Shown here: one piece after another, positions 1 to 13,000 of the stretch
How positions within the stretch are numbered: position 1 is the stretch's first letter
Layout: each line of letters opens with the position of its first letter
Source: Takakia lepidozioides
Taxonomy: Eukaryota > Plantae > Bryophyta
Assembly (NCBI GenBank): GCA_030704615.1
Contig: CM060734.1
Location: 46,934,001-46,998,000 of the forward strand
DNA: 64,000 bases
Direction: 5' to 3'
Program-made: the position numbers and the translations under genes
Notes under the pieces: model-generated
What the model was told of the DNA's origin: nothing
The model's database searches: none
What the model saw: only the letters and a program-made list of their open reading frames with translations

Positions 1-993
1 CTGTATCTCAGATCGAATCAAAGTACCTAAGGCCTCCATCTGTTGCTGGGAAAACAACTGACTTCTATGTTCGCGATCTGAAGCTCGGTGCAGACTGGCC
101 GCATCTTCGCACTCACAGTCTCCCGCCATTTCATTATCCTGATCGTCGTCACCGGGGTGTGTGCTCACAGAGCCGAACGAGATCTGGCTCATTCACACGA
201 TTACCCTACTTCTGGAAATTCCGAAATTCACAATCTGTTCTCCCCGATCGCAAAACGGCTCTGATACCACTTGAAAAGGATCTGACTCTCTTTCCTCAGT
301 CCAACTACAGAACAAATTCAGGCCCTTTGCTTATCTTGCCGTTCATAGGGAATCTATCAGGATCCCAAGAAATCTGCTTGCTTGAATCAACGTCAATATG
401 GACTCATGTGACCATCTTCTTTTATTCCAGTCACCATTCATTGACTCAGACCGTAACAGAGACCACACCAGTCCAATGATCGTTCACCCCTGTTCTTCAC
501 GGAAGTGTATTCACAAGCCTTAAGCAGATCTTTCTTGTCCCAAACAGTAACTAGAATCAAATCTGCATTGTCACTCTTCAAATCAACACCTGATGAAGCC
601 TAAGTCATAGGATTTACACTTTTTCTCTATACAAAGGAGAAATCACAGTCCCTGCCGCTGCAAGGCACCAAAGGCCAGTGACAACTATTCCAACATCAAC
701 CTACACTCTAAAAGCACAGCACCCGCTACAGCATCCGGTCCACCCAGCCACCACGCCATGCTACACACACATTTCCTGTCGATGCAGATCTGCTCTAGAC
801 GCCTGTACGCCATCATCCTTTTTTCAACCCTCTTGCCATCTCCAAGCACCCCTCAAAAATCCCTAGTCCTGGATCTCTTCATGCACGCGAGCTTGCTCCA
901 TTTTACCTGCAACTGTCAGTTCGGTGATATTCTAGCAGTCTCTTGTTATTCCAAACTGGTGGACAGGTCGATCTTCGTTCCTGGCACCTAACA
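1..993 (-). mobile_element. 5' end of an LTR retrotransposon: LTR ~272-993, tRNA-iMet PBS 258-269, probable gag start at 129 running off the window
   Basis: GCTCTGATACCA at 258-269 is the reverse complement of PBS TGGTATCAGAGC and lies 2 nt from an LTR end (TG at 272 on +). The putative other LTR end is TAACA at 989-993 (minus strand starts TGTTAGG). An open frame MAGDCECEDAASLHR... runs from 129 to the window edge. The second LTR is not in the window. Confidence 0.75.
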
Positions 994-3900
994 GTATGTC
1001 ATGCAGCCTATACCCCGGGTGTGTATAGAACCCAGGTTTAGGATTCCAAACATACCCAGATTGAAACCATACCAGTCGCAGTAGCTGGCAGAGCAATACT
1101 GTGATTGCGAACAGTACCCATGGGGGGTGTTTCAGGATGGGAGGGGTAGCAGTTATGGCATTAGGGTTTGTCATGCTATGTTGCTATGGGAGGGGTTTTA
1201 TTTTTGCGGCTGGAACTTTGATGTGGGGAGGTGCAATTTAAGATTGAGCAGATCGGGTTTTGGGGACGGGTATTGCTGCAAGGTTCCATCGGGCTGCAGC
1301 AGGGGTAAGTTTAACATATTGTGCGAGCACCTGGGTTCAATGAGTTAGGGGCACGCAATTTTTGTAGGAGGAAAGGTGTGCGGATTGCGGTAACTCGGTG
1401 ACTCGTAATATCGCGTTACGTACCTTTGTGCTTGAACTTGTCTTATGGGCTCGATCTGGTCTTTAGAGTAGGCTCGTTCTGTTCTGTTTGTGTGGGCTTG
1501 ATGTGGTCTTTAGGATGGGCTTATGTGGTCTTTTTGTCCTGCTTTACGGTGGGTTCATTTCCTCTAGTGTTTTCCATTGTCTGCCAGCCTTCATCTGCTG
1601 TTGGGAGTGCCAGCACTAGTTTCTCCTTGGAGGGTCTAAGTGTTTCTGACTTTGAGAGGTCATTTTACGATGATGGGGATGACACAGGGGTCACCACAGA
1701 GTCAGTGGATGCAACTGCAACATCCCACGTGTCTTCCCAACAAGATCCTGCCGAAACATGCGATGAGGTGCGAGCTGCAGAAGAGGAGGCCATTTGGAGA
1801 GTGTTGTACTCCAAGCTTGAAGACAATGCCAAGTTCTGGGTGCCGTTCCACAGGAGTAGCTCGATTTGGGCTTTCTATCTTCTAGCACATGCATCTTGTG
1901 CATCTGAAGGTTTGTCTTCTGCCCCCAGTTCCAACACACGCAATCGAAAAGGCCTTGTGAAATATAACCCAACACATGGAAGTACTTCCATGAAAAAACA
2001 TTTGCACAGTGCACTGTGTGGAGTTCAGCAAGTACAAGGCAGCCCTAAAATCAAGACTAGAGGTAGTTGCAGAGGGCTGCCACAAAGCCAAGAAGCGCAA
2101 GCTTGTGCCCCCTTCATCTATTACTGAATTCCTTGGTGGAGGCACTAGCTATGCAAAAACTGACCATACTCAAATCAAATTCATTGAGGATCTAGTGTTA
2201 CATGTTTGTAAAGGATATTAAGCCCTCTCATATGTGGAATCACCTTGGCTAAGGAGGCTCATTATGAGGCGAGATCCCAAGGTTATGTACTCTATTGCGA
2301 AGTGTGCAACTGCCTCTATTACTTTTGATCTCTGGATGTCGCGTACTGGGTATGACACATTCTGCCTAGTGGTGAACTTCATAGACGATGGCTGGCAGCC
2401 CCGCCATATGACAGTGGGGATCTTTGAGGCACCTGACACGGTGGAAGCGGCGCTAGCTGAGATTGTGAAACCTCTCCTTGAGCAATTTCAACTCACCAAG
2501 AAGATTGTGGCATATGTAAAGGATGAGGGTGCTAACTTGGTGTCTTTAGTAGCAGCCCTATCTGAGGTGGTGTCATGTGATCCGCTACAGCTGCAATCTC
2601 CATATGCATGAGCATGCTTTGGCCATGCAATGAGCAAGGCCTGTGAGCATGCCACTACCGACGAGAAGGTTTGTGTGGGGATGTCTCAGGTGACATTGAA
2701 GGGCAGCGCAAGCTGCCTTGCAGAAGACCATTATTAGGACTAAGAAGAGCGGCAAGGGGAGGCAATAGTGGGACAAGGCATGCCGTGATGCTGGACTTCA
2801 TCCCCGAAATCTAAAAACACATGTGAAAACCAGGTTTGTGAGTAGGGTTGTTTTATTCCAGGAAACTCAAGAGTTTGCCAGTGCTATCAATCTTATCGTA
2901 GGCAATCTTTGCAATTGCAATCCAGGGTACCTTCTGGGAAGACATGGCAAAGATCTTCCAAAAGGACGAGGCACATTACATGATGGCACTAATGCTTGAT
3001 CCGCGCTACAAAGGATTGGCGTGTGTGAGGGAGTTCGTGGGCCATGAGCAAGCAATGTAACTTGTAGCAGAATACGACCAGCAGTGTTTGGTGCCAATGT
3101 TGGTCAGAGTTAACAATTTCCTCAATCCCACAGCTCCCACCACTACTCCAGCCCCCTTGGCTCCCAGTATTGATTCCTTGTTTGATGTCCATTCTTGCTT
3201 TGCAGAGGCTCCTAATAGGCTGTTAGCTACGGAGCTATCTTTTTTTCGTCGTCATGTTGTTTCTAATGAAGATTGTGTCTCTCCGTTGCTGTGATGGAAG
3301 GCAAATGCTCACAGATGGCCAAACGTTGCATGGTTGGCGAGACAATTTTTGGCCATTCAGTTGCCATTCCAGTCTGGCAAAAACCACCAACACACTCTGG
3401 TGCAAATTTGTCACTCTTTTTGTAAGTATCACAGTCCTTACAATGGAACCCTAGAAAGCTTACATACATCTACCTGGGAGGTGGTTGTTCTACCTATCAA
3501 CACAGTCCACCTTGAATTAACCAACCCATATTTAAGCCGCTCCCTGCAGAATGCATTGCTGACTCACGACTGAACAGAGTGTCTCTACATTGTTGCTGAA
3601 CCAGAAAATGGGACAAAACCCACAAACATACTAGACTATAGTACAGAGAAAATTAATAAAAATTACAAGCTTTGCATGCCTTATCAAACAGTTCCTGATG
3701 TTACTTGATGAATCCTTGCTGAACAATGTTTTCACGACTCTCGAAATATTAACAGTGTCCACCACCTACGCCGGCCACCATTCAACAAGTAGAAAGGAAT
3801 TTGGAAGGGCAGCGAGCACCCTTCCCGGATCAGTATACCACTGAACCACCCAACAACAACATAGCATGTATTTTGCTACTCCCACGCAGATAACGCAACG

Positions 3901-4881
3901 GCCTAGAACAGATCAGGCAGACCCATCATATTCTGGGGGCAATGCAGCTATGGGACAGAATTCCCGAGCAGCCTATTCAAATCCTGCGGCTCAGATAGCC
4001 CAGGGTTCTTCTAATACGTGGTCTCCCCCTCAGGATGTAAGGGTGCAGGGAGGGCAGCAAATGTCCACTTCAGCGCCATCCCAGGAGACATAGCGCATCT
4101 ATAACATAGCAGATATCCTCACGAGCTTGCGTAGGTGTCGTCTGGGAGTTGAGAACCTGGACAGCCTAGTGATGATCTACAAAAATTGGCCCAACGATGC
4201 AAGGGTGGGGTGCAGCTTTGCGTGTGCAGATGTGGCAGAGGTTTTTGCTGCAGAGTCTGATTTATGCAACACACATGAGGCTGAATTGGGGGAAGCGGGG
4301 ATGTTTGAAGAAGAGTACTAGTTACTTGTGAAACTCATAACACCTGTAGGTAGTTGCAATTTGTAATTGGTGTAAGAGAGCATGTGTCTATAAACACAAT
4401 TCTCATTGCACCTTGCATTTGATATGCACAAGTGACAGTTGTATGGAACTGCCATTTTCACCATAATATAACCATGTACCAAAATATAACCATGTACTAA
4501 AAATGAAATTTATCAATTACAATAGGGGTGGCTGAAGTGCGCACTTCAGCTTTTTCTTAAAAAGAAAAAGAATTTTTTTGTGGGTAAAAGACATATAAAA
4601 ATAACATGAAAATTAATCTTAAAATACCATTAAAAATATCCCCATACCATTGTACATATCGTACCATACCATTGCACATGCTCCCCCAATATGTCATTAG
4701 AGTTTTTGTCATACCCATGCCTGGGACCAGGGTATCTCAAAATTGGAAATACCCTCACCCATCCTATAACCTACCCTGGCCAGTCCTAATCTACCCCGGG
4801 CCCTACCAGTTGGACCCATGAGCCAAGTTGGACCTACCAGTACCACTCTGGTGTCAAAATGGACATACCAGTACAACACTG
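994..4881 (+). mobile_element. Decayed hAT DNA transposon (transposase pseudogene ~1650-4321) with right TIR ending at 4881; left end displaced by the LTR insertion
   Basis: Frameshifted fragments: BED-like (...GSTSMKKHL), ITFDLWMSR...VVNFIDDGW, YVKDEGANL, TRF, and the hATC dimerisation motifs WLARQFLAI and SLRRCRLGVENLDSLVMIYKNWP. Terminus ...GTACAACACTG (reverse complement CAGTGTTGTAC). ACCC/TACC-rich subterminal repeats at both ends. Confidence 0.85.
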
Positions 4882-5305
4882 GTTCATACCAGTTTGGTAT
4901 ATATAAAGGCAGATGTATTTCATCTAGATACTCGTATGAGTACTGAATATCATGATCAATAATAGTAGCTGGTCTCAGGTATCAATATTGATAACGTTCC
5001 ACTGCCTTAAAAGGGCCACTGTCCCCTTTGCATTATAAAAACAAAAACAAAAAACTGCCATTTTTAATTATAAGTTTACCAATTATCACGTATCCAGCAG
5101 AATAAAAAACCTTGTAAAGTCCAATATACATATAATATACATACAATACAAATACAATCATATAAAATATTTATAGAATACTAATATTGTACCCCCATTA
5201 TATATATATATATATTGTAAATAAAATATTTATCCAAGAGCAAATGAGGAAGATGGTGGGGAGTACCGATATCAGGGCTAGTATTTAACAGTCCATAGTC
5301 CATAC

Positions 5306-5657
5306 AAGTGTTGGGCGGATGTTAAATTTTTTAAATATCCACTGATTCCAGGTATAAAAAAAATATTGGTTTTAGATATCCGCCGGTTCCGATTATTGAG
5401 TTATTAGTTATTACCAACATGACAAAATTACCTACATGACCAACGGCGGATCCAGGTATCCATCCAGATATTAACTTTAGGGCGGATATCCGCCGGGTAA
5501 ATGACAGATATTGGCCCGATATCCGTTGGGTATTCCACTAGGTATAGAATATTTTTTTCACATTTTCATATCCATCAAACCCGGGTCCTAAGAAATCCCG
5601 GTTCCGGATCAGGATACCTTGATATCCTGCTGATGACTCTATATCCGCCCAACACAC
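5306..5657. mobile_element. hAT-type MITE
   Basis: Perfect 13-bp inverted repeat GTGTTGGGCGGAT (5308-5320) / ATCCGCCCAACAC (5643-5655), internal GATATCCG/CCGG motifs, and a degenerate 8-bp TSD GTCCATAC / GTCCTAAA. Confidence 0.75.
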
Positions 5658-6339
5658 GTCCTAAACCAGCCTGGTAGGCTATCTCCGTGAGTATAGTATA
5701 TTTACATACCAGACTGGTCTAGTCTTACATACCAGTGCATATATCAATACATATACTAGTCCTTATATTATATACCAAACCAACACTATCAAATACTAGT
5801 TAGTGTTGATTTGTTTATTGGCTCCTCCCTCAAGAGGAGAGAGCGAAGATCCTATGTACCTACACCAGATAATACCTGTACTAGATAATACTTGCATCAG
5901 AAAACACCTACACTAAAACACCCAAATTTAGATCTACCTGATAATACCTACACCTAAATTTGGAAGACGTACCTCCACTAGTTAATATATTATGTGTCGT
6001 CCATATGATTTTGGGGTCAAATCTTAGTAGAACAAAGTTTTCAGGTCTTTCATTTTTAGGAACAAAAGTTATGTGATGTAGACTCTAGTATTCGATGATG
6101 CTTTTGCTGCATTTAAGCATTAGTTTCATGAAAAAGAAAATTAGTGGAACAAAACTTATAATATACAAATTTTAGAATGATTTGTTATTCAATGATTGGC
6201 ATTGACTTGATGGTATAGAGCATTGATCTTGGGTGGTATTGATTTTGGGATTAAACCTTTGCACGCCCCAAATTCGTCCGTTTTTCCAGAAATTAGGAAA
6301 AATAACATGAGTACCATAGAGGACAACACAATTTGAAAT

Positions 6340-6360
6340 TAGTGAAACAAAATTTTTAGG

Positions 6361-6391
<31 letters not shown>

Positions 6392-8515
6392 GGGTCTTTC
6401 ATTTTGGTCTTTCTTTTTTAGGTATTTCATTTGGGCCATTCATTTAGGTCTATTTATTCGGTTTTGCAGAAATTAATGGTCCAAAAAAAAATCATTTTAG
6501 GTTTTTTTAATTTGGGGTCATTCATTTTTTGGTCTTTCATTTAGATCATATTTAGGTTATATTTATTCTGTTTTAAGAGTACAACTCCCTTGTGAGATTT
6601 AGATCATATTTACGTTATATTTATTCGGTTTTAAGAGTATGACACCCTTGTGAGATCGTACCACCATTTTACAGCCCTCAAGTACTCAACTTCTTTTATA
6701 AAGACACCATCAGCACTTTCTCGCAAAGATTTCAATTTTGTGCTAGCATTTTTTATGCAGAATACGAGCGATTAGTCCAACAGTTTCGTAAGGGAGCTGC
6801 TACATATGCACTTTTCAAAAATATTAGAGCAACTCAGAGTGGTGACCTGCAGTCAAACTTCCTTGGACCATTTTTGCTTCTGTTCTGGATGCTGACAAAT
6901 GTGCCACTTTACAGTGATTGCATAATCCCACATAGCCCATGGAGGACACGACATAGCTACCCAGGTAATTACCTCTTTTGTATTTTCAAAGTACTCTTCT
7001 CTTTACATTTATTTGCAAGTACATTTTCTTCTCATCTCTAACACTTTTGTTGGTTTTTAGGTTTGTAGGTTACAGGGATTTTCTACGGAAAGACTACAAA
7101 TTTCAGTTATACAAATTTTAGTTTTCAGTTCTACAGACTTCAGTTTTCAGTTCTCAGTTTTCAACAAGATTTTCAGCAAGATTATACAACTTCACATTTC
7201 AGTTTTCAGCAAGATTTTCAGCCAGTCATTGAGTCATTGATCGAAACATATAATTTATCGTTACCATTAATAATGGATGTAGATATAGACTTAATATTGC
7301 AGTCTCAGAATTTGCAACGTGTACACAATTACCATTATATTGTCAGAGACTGTTTATTTGATTCGGTTGCTTATTTGTTGTATTATGAAATATCATCCAA
7401 GGATCTGCGTCGTCAAAGTATGAAACATTTTCTACAAACTTTACAATCACCTACTGATGAAGTGTCTGAAATGATTCAAATTCACTTTTCTTCTGAGCTA
7501 CAGGTCATATTTATTCGGTTTTGCAGAAATTAATCGTCCAAAACAAAAGTCATTTGTTTTAGGTCTTTTATTTTCGGTCTTTCATTTAGGGCATATTTAT
7601 TCGATTTTACACATATTAATCGTCCAAAACAAAAGTCATTCATTTTAGGTCTTTCATTTTTAGGGTTTTTACGTCATCTTTATTTGGTTTTGCAGAAATC
7701 AAGGGGTCCAAAACAAAAGTCATTCGTTTTAGGTCTTTCATTTTTAGGTTTTTCATTTAGGTCATATTTATTCGATTTTGCAGAAATTAATCGTCGAAAA
7801 CAGAAGTCATTCATTTCAGGTCTTTCTTTTTTAGGTCTTTCATTTTTATTAATTTAGGTCATATTTATTTGGTTTTGCAGAAATTAATCGTCGAAAACAG
7901 AAGTCATTCGTTTTAGGTCTTTCATTTAGGTCATATTTATTCGATTTTGCACAAATTAATCGCCCAAAACAAAAGTCTTCCATTTTAGGTCTTTCATTTT
8001 GGTCATTTATTTAGGTCATATTTATTCGGTTTTGCAGAAATTATTCGTCCAAAACTAAAATCATTCATTTTAGGTCATTCTTTTTAAGGTCTTTCATTTT
8101 TAGGTTTTTCATTTAGGTCATCTTCATTTGGTTTTGCGGAAATTAATGGTCCAAACAAAAGTCATTCGTTTTAGGTCTTTCATTTTTAGGTTTTTCATTT
8201 AGGTCATATTTATTCGGTTTTGCACAAATTAATCGCCCAAAACAAAAGTATTCTATTTAAGGTCTTTTTTTTTTACGTTTTTCATGTAGGTCATTCATTT
8301 AGGCCATATTTATTTGATTTTATAATGATTAATTAATTGTCCAAAACAAAGGTCATTCATTTTAGGTCTTTCTTTTGTAGGGTTTTCATTTAAGTCATCT
8401 TTATTCGGTTTTGCAAAAAATAATGGTCCAAAACAAAAGTCTTTCATTTTAGGTCTTTCATTTTCAGGTTTTTCATTTAGGTCATATTTATTCGGTTTTG
8501 CATAAATTAATGACC
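6340..8515. repeat. AT-rich minisatellite (unit ~75-95 bp) in two blocks, ~6340-6650 and ~7502-8515, interrupted by unique sequence
   Basis: About a dozen copies of TTAGGTCATATTTATTCGGTTTTGCAGAAATTAATCGTCCAAAACAAAAGTCATTCATTTTAGGTCTTTCATTT with variable subrepeats. Confidence 0.9.
7273..7501 (+). pseudogene. Truncated OTU-like cysteine protease fragment, probably TE-derived
   Basis: MDVDIDLIL...YIVRDCLFDSVAYLL...SSKDLRRQSMKHF resembles the OTU catalytic-Cys segment (GD/GNCLFxxV...LR). The frame runs into the minisatellite at ~7502. Confidence 0.45.
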
Positions 8516-9189
8516 TTCAGTTCTATTATATTCCATTGACTTCCATTATATTCAGCACTAGCATTTAGGTTTTGTAATTAGGGTGGAGCCATTTAGCGAC
8601 TAGCCACTTGTTTACAATGAATGCTACTTTCATCTGTCTTCAAGTTGATAAATTTCTCATTCAATATATTTAACAAGCCTCAACCAGCCTCAACTGGCAC
8701 TGGGCTCCCTTGCTTTCGCAAAACATAAGGGGGAGGTGAGAGTAAGGGGCAGGGGCATCACTCAGCACAACACACCAATCCGAGCCTTGACCCGGTGTAA
8801 GGCCCTTTGACCACATTTTCTATAGTCTGTATTCTACAGAAGAGAGCCAACAAAAACTTTGGTCCATTTTTCAACCATGAAGAGCTTTTAAATTTGTTCC
8901 TTTGTTATCTGACCTACCTTCTGACGCCGAACCTACACCCATTCAACAGAGCACCCTTCCGCTCAACGGAGGTCCCTTTACCTCCGTTGAGTGGAAGGGT
9001 CCTCGGATTGAAGGTGCTTTACGCAGGGGAAGGCCCCTCGTGTCGGGCCTTCCTGGATTTTCGGTCGGGCTGCCGGCCTCGGCTTCATCAGGCCCTCAAA
9101 CCCAGGAAGGCCCTCCACTCAGGTCCTTCCCCTACACATATTCAACCATGTTGCAGTTACTTTTAGCCAATATAAAGGAAGCGTAAAAT

Positions 9190-9300
9190 ATGTGTCTCCT
9201 CATCCTGCACTCCGTTGGAAGGTGGACACTTGAACCCTAGATGATCACCTGGATAATGAACAGGAAAGGCGCAAACTCCCAACCACTGAGCTACCTGCTC
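9190..9300 (-). mobile_element. tRNA-derived SINE head (3' extent unclear)
   Basis: Minus strand has A box TAGCTCAGTGG and B box GGTTCAAGT, followed by the GTGTCCACCTT motif shared with the SINE family at 20696/31161/32519/39906. Confidence 0.55.
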
Positions 9301-10005
9301 TGATGCTCCTGATCAATAAAACAATACCTGTTTTATTCTTGGCCTGGACCGCCGTTGTGCATCGACATAGGTACCATGGCCAGGTTGTGCTTGACCTTGT
9401 TAGCCTAGCTTCTTAGCTCTGCTTTCACACAACCAGGTTTAGTTGAGCCCTCAAACCTAAAGACCTCTCTTATACAATCCAGTCCGCCGAAAAAACTTAA
9501 CATGCCAGCTTCACTCTTTTACCTTGAAAGCTATTCCACACCGTAGAAGGAAGCTAGGCTCACCTTCTTAAATGCAATGCCCCACCCCTGTGAGGATCCG
9601 AGAAAAACTCCTGCCGCAGCTGTTCTATGGTCATTCCTTGACCTGCGTGCTGGAACTGCAAGAACATCAGAATGTTGCACTTTGACTGATAATATCAGTA
9701 GAAACAGCATTTTGACTCAGCAATGGGTGACTTGCTGGTTGCACAGATGAAGATCATCAGATCTGGTCAGCTAGATTAAGTGAGGCATATGGTTATAGTG
9801 AATCGCTAATGCATCTGTACTTGATGTAAGGGCCGACTTGCTGGGTAGACCCCACTACCGGCTATTGGAAGATTGATATGCCACAGGAATGCCCTCAACA
9901 GTATCATCATAATCCACATTCTCAGGAAATGGTCGATGAATTGAGTAGCTACGCAGATCAATGAATGAAGCAAAGACACTCACACCTTTCAGGAAAAAAA
10001 CCGTT

Positions 10006-13000
10006 TCACCAGTAATCCCCACAAGAACAAACCCCATCTTCAAAACGGTGAAAGCGGTTCGCGTCCCGCAGAACAATTGCTCGGCTGAGTATCTTTGAGA
10101 TGAACTTGGTGGAGGTGTGGCAGTCACCACACATCCGAAGATTCTTGACGAGACGGAGAGGCGTCCTAGGGGCTGTGCTGATCAGCCCAAAACCAATAGC
10201 TAGCTTCTCGCTGTGGTGGCAAAGAGAAATTTCCTTTTGCTCCTCATCCTCCCCCACACCATGCAATACAAGGCGCGTATCGTGCACATACCCTGCCTCC
10301 TTCATCTGCCCAGACAATCTTCTCAGCTCAGCATGGATTTCCTCAATTTTTGGATGCAATCTCTCATCTACAACAAAAGTATGCACCCTGTTGCCGACTT
10401 CAATGCAGCAGCGACCTGGTTCCTTTCTAGCTCCTCTGACCTTCATCATTTCTCTCATCTTTGCACTATCATCCCACCTACCAGCTGCAGCATAGATGTT
10501 TGATAGCAACACATAAGTCGCAGCATCCTGTTCATCCCACTTGAGAATAGATGTTGCTGCACGTTCAGCCATCTCCACATTGCCGTGGATTCTGCAGGCA
10601 CCAAGCAAGGCCATCCACACCCCAGCATTTGGTTTGATTGGCATTTTCTTAATAAGGTCCTCTGCCTCATCCAATCGCCCCGCACGGCCAAGAAGGTCCA
10701 CCATGGAGCCAAAGTGCTCCAGTGCTGGAGTGATGCCATGATCTTGACTAAGGGAATCAAAGTAATATTTGCCTTCATCCACTAGGCCAGCATGGCTACA
10801 TGCAGAGATGACACACAGAAAAGTGATACTGTCCAGCTTCAAGCCTTCCATTTGCATTTCTTCTAATAATTGCAGGGCCTCCATATCACAACCATGCTGG
10901 GCATATCCTGCAATCATAACACTCCAGGATACTGCATCTCGTTCAGCCATATGCTCAAACACTCCCTTTGCATCCTCGATGCAACCACATTTGGCATACA
11001 TATTCATCAGGGCAGTGTTCAGAATGACATCTGGTATGATTCCAGCTTTGATGATGTCACCCTGGACCTCTTTGCCCTTTTCCAGGGCTGCCAGGCTCGC
11101 ACACGCGTTGCAAACACAAAGGAACGTGACCCTATCCGGCTTCACCCCTTCTCGCATCATTTGCTCATAGGTCTCCAAAGCCTCCATCCCACACCCATGC
11201 TGCACATAGCCTGCAATCACAGCATTCCAGGACACCGCATCTCGTTCAGCCATGTTGTCAAACACTCTCTTTGCATCCTCCATGCTCCCACATTTGGCAT
11301 ACATATTCATCAGAGCAGTGTTCAGAACGACATCTGGTACAATTCCAGCTTTGATGATGTCACCATGGACCTCTTTGCCCTTTCCCAGGGCTGCCAGGCT
11401 CGCACATGCATTGCAAACGCAAGTAAACGTGACACGGTTGGGCTTCACCCCTTCCCGCATCATTTGCTCATAGGTCTCCAAAGCCTCCATCCCACACCCA
11501 TGCTGCACATATCCTGTAATCATAGCACTCCAAGACACCACATCCTGTTCCACCATATTGTTGAACACGCCCTTTGCATCCTCGATGCTCCCACATTTGG
11601 CATACATGTTCATCAGGGCAGTGTTCAGAACAACATCTGGTACGATTCCAGTTTTGATGATGTCACCATGGACCTCTTTGCCCTTTTCCAGGGTGGCCAG
11701 GCTCGCACACGCATTGCAAACACAAGCAAACGTCACGATATCCGGCTTCACCCCTTCCCGTATCATTTGCTCATAGATCTCCAAAGCCTCCATCCCACAC
11801 CCATGCTGTGCATAACCTGTAATTATAGCACTCCAGGACACCACATTTTGTTCAGCCATATTGTCGAACACTTCCTTTGCATCCTTGATGCTCCCACATT
11901 TGGCATACATGTTCATCAGGGCAGTGTTCAGAACGACATTTGGTACAATTCCAGCTTTGATGATGTCACCATGGACCTCTTTACCCTTTTCCAGGGCTGC
12001 CAGGCTCGCACACGCATTGCAAATACAAATAAACGTAATGTGGTTGGGCTTCACCCCTTCCCGGATCATTTGTTCATATTTCTCCAAAGCTTTCCTACCA
12101 CAACCATGCTTGGTAAATCCTGCCATCATTATATTCCACGTGATCAAACCTCGTTCAGGCATTCTGTTGAATACTTGGTGTGCATCCACGATGCTCCCGC
12201 ACTTAACATACATGTTGACAAGGTGTTTTTGTAGAAAAATGTTTGGCTTGAATCCACTTTGGATAATGTGAGCATGCACCTGCTTTCCAGCTTTCAGGCC
12301 TTTCATCTTGATGCACTTATGCAAGAGACAGACATAAGTACCTGAATCTGCTGAAATGCACCCTTGGTTTAAAGTGTGTAGAGCCTCTTCCAGACACCCT
12401 GCCTCACATAGCATCCTCACACGTCCAGAAGGGCCAGAAGAGGCATTGTGGACTCCCTCTCTTGGTCCTCTTTCGGAAGATCTGGTCATGGCGGAGGTGT
12501 CTGATTTTATCAACAGTGCCTCTGCTGCTGCATCCAGTTGATCATCTACCCATGCAGGTTTCTTGTATCTATCGATCCACAGAGAACCATAGCAATTTTT
12601 GTTCTTGAAATCTGGCCCTCTTTGAATAAACTGGACCCACACTCCATCCATACTCCTTGAGCTATCCCTGCCTCTGCACAAATAATGATCCTCGCCTTGC
12701 TGCTAGCAGCTGAAAATGACAACTTAAATTCTTTCTAGCAAACACCCCAACCCTACACACACTAGTTACCTATGCCTACTTGCTCCCAAGACTCTAAAAA
12801 TGTGCTGGGGAGAGAGAGGATGACAATTTCCTAGAAAGCTTTGTGATGCATCTTGTTGTCTGCTTCTCTCTGTAATCTAACAGGCATTCACCTTTTTACC
12901 TCGATTGTCCCACCATTGACTGGGATCGGAAAAATATTTATTGCAACGCTTCCCTTTGTCTCTGTTATCTGTTTTTGGATACTTTCCTGTTGCCACAGTG

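Noticed and set aside
7502-8515. Repeat array as a CRISPR-like locus
   Set aside because: Eukaryotic context, contiguous degenerate units with no unique spacers, and no cas genes.
10870-12234. 454-aa plus-strand ORF antisense to the PPR gene
   Set aside because: It is the shadow of the 303-bp PLS repeats: one stop-free unit propagated in tandem, with His/Leu-rich non-protein-like composition.
12631-12681. ORF-track N-terminus MCRGRDSSRSMDGVWVQ of the 891-aa PPR ORF
   Set aside because: It starts at TTG and is probably intron. A CAG acceptor at 12631 gives the exact PDF-motif spacing with the upstream exon. An internal ATG start cannot be fully excluded.
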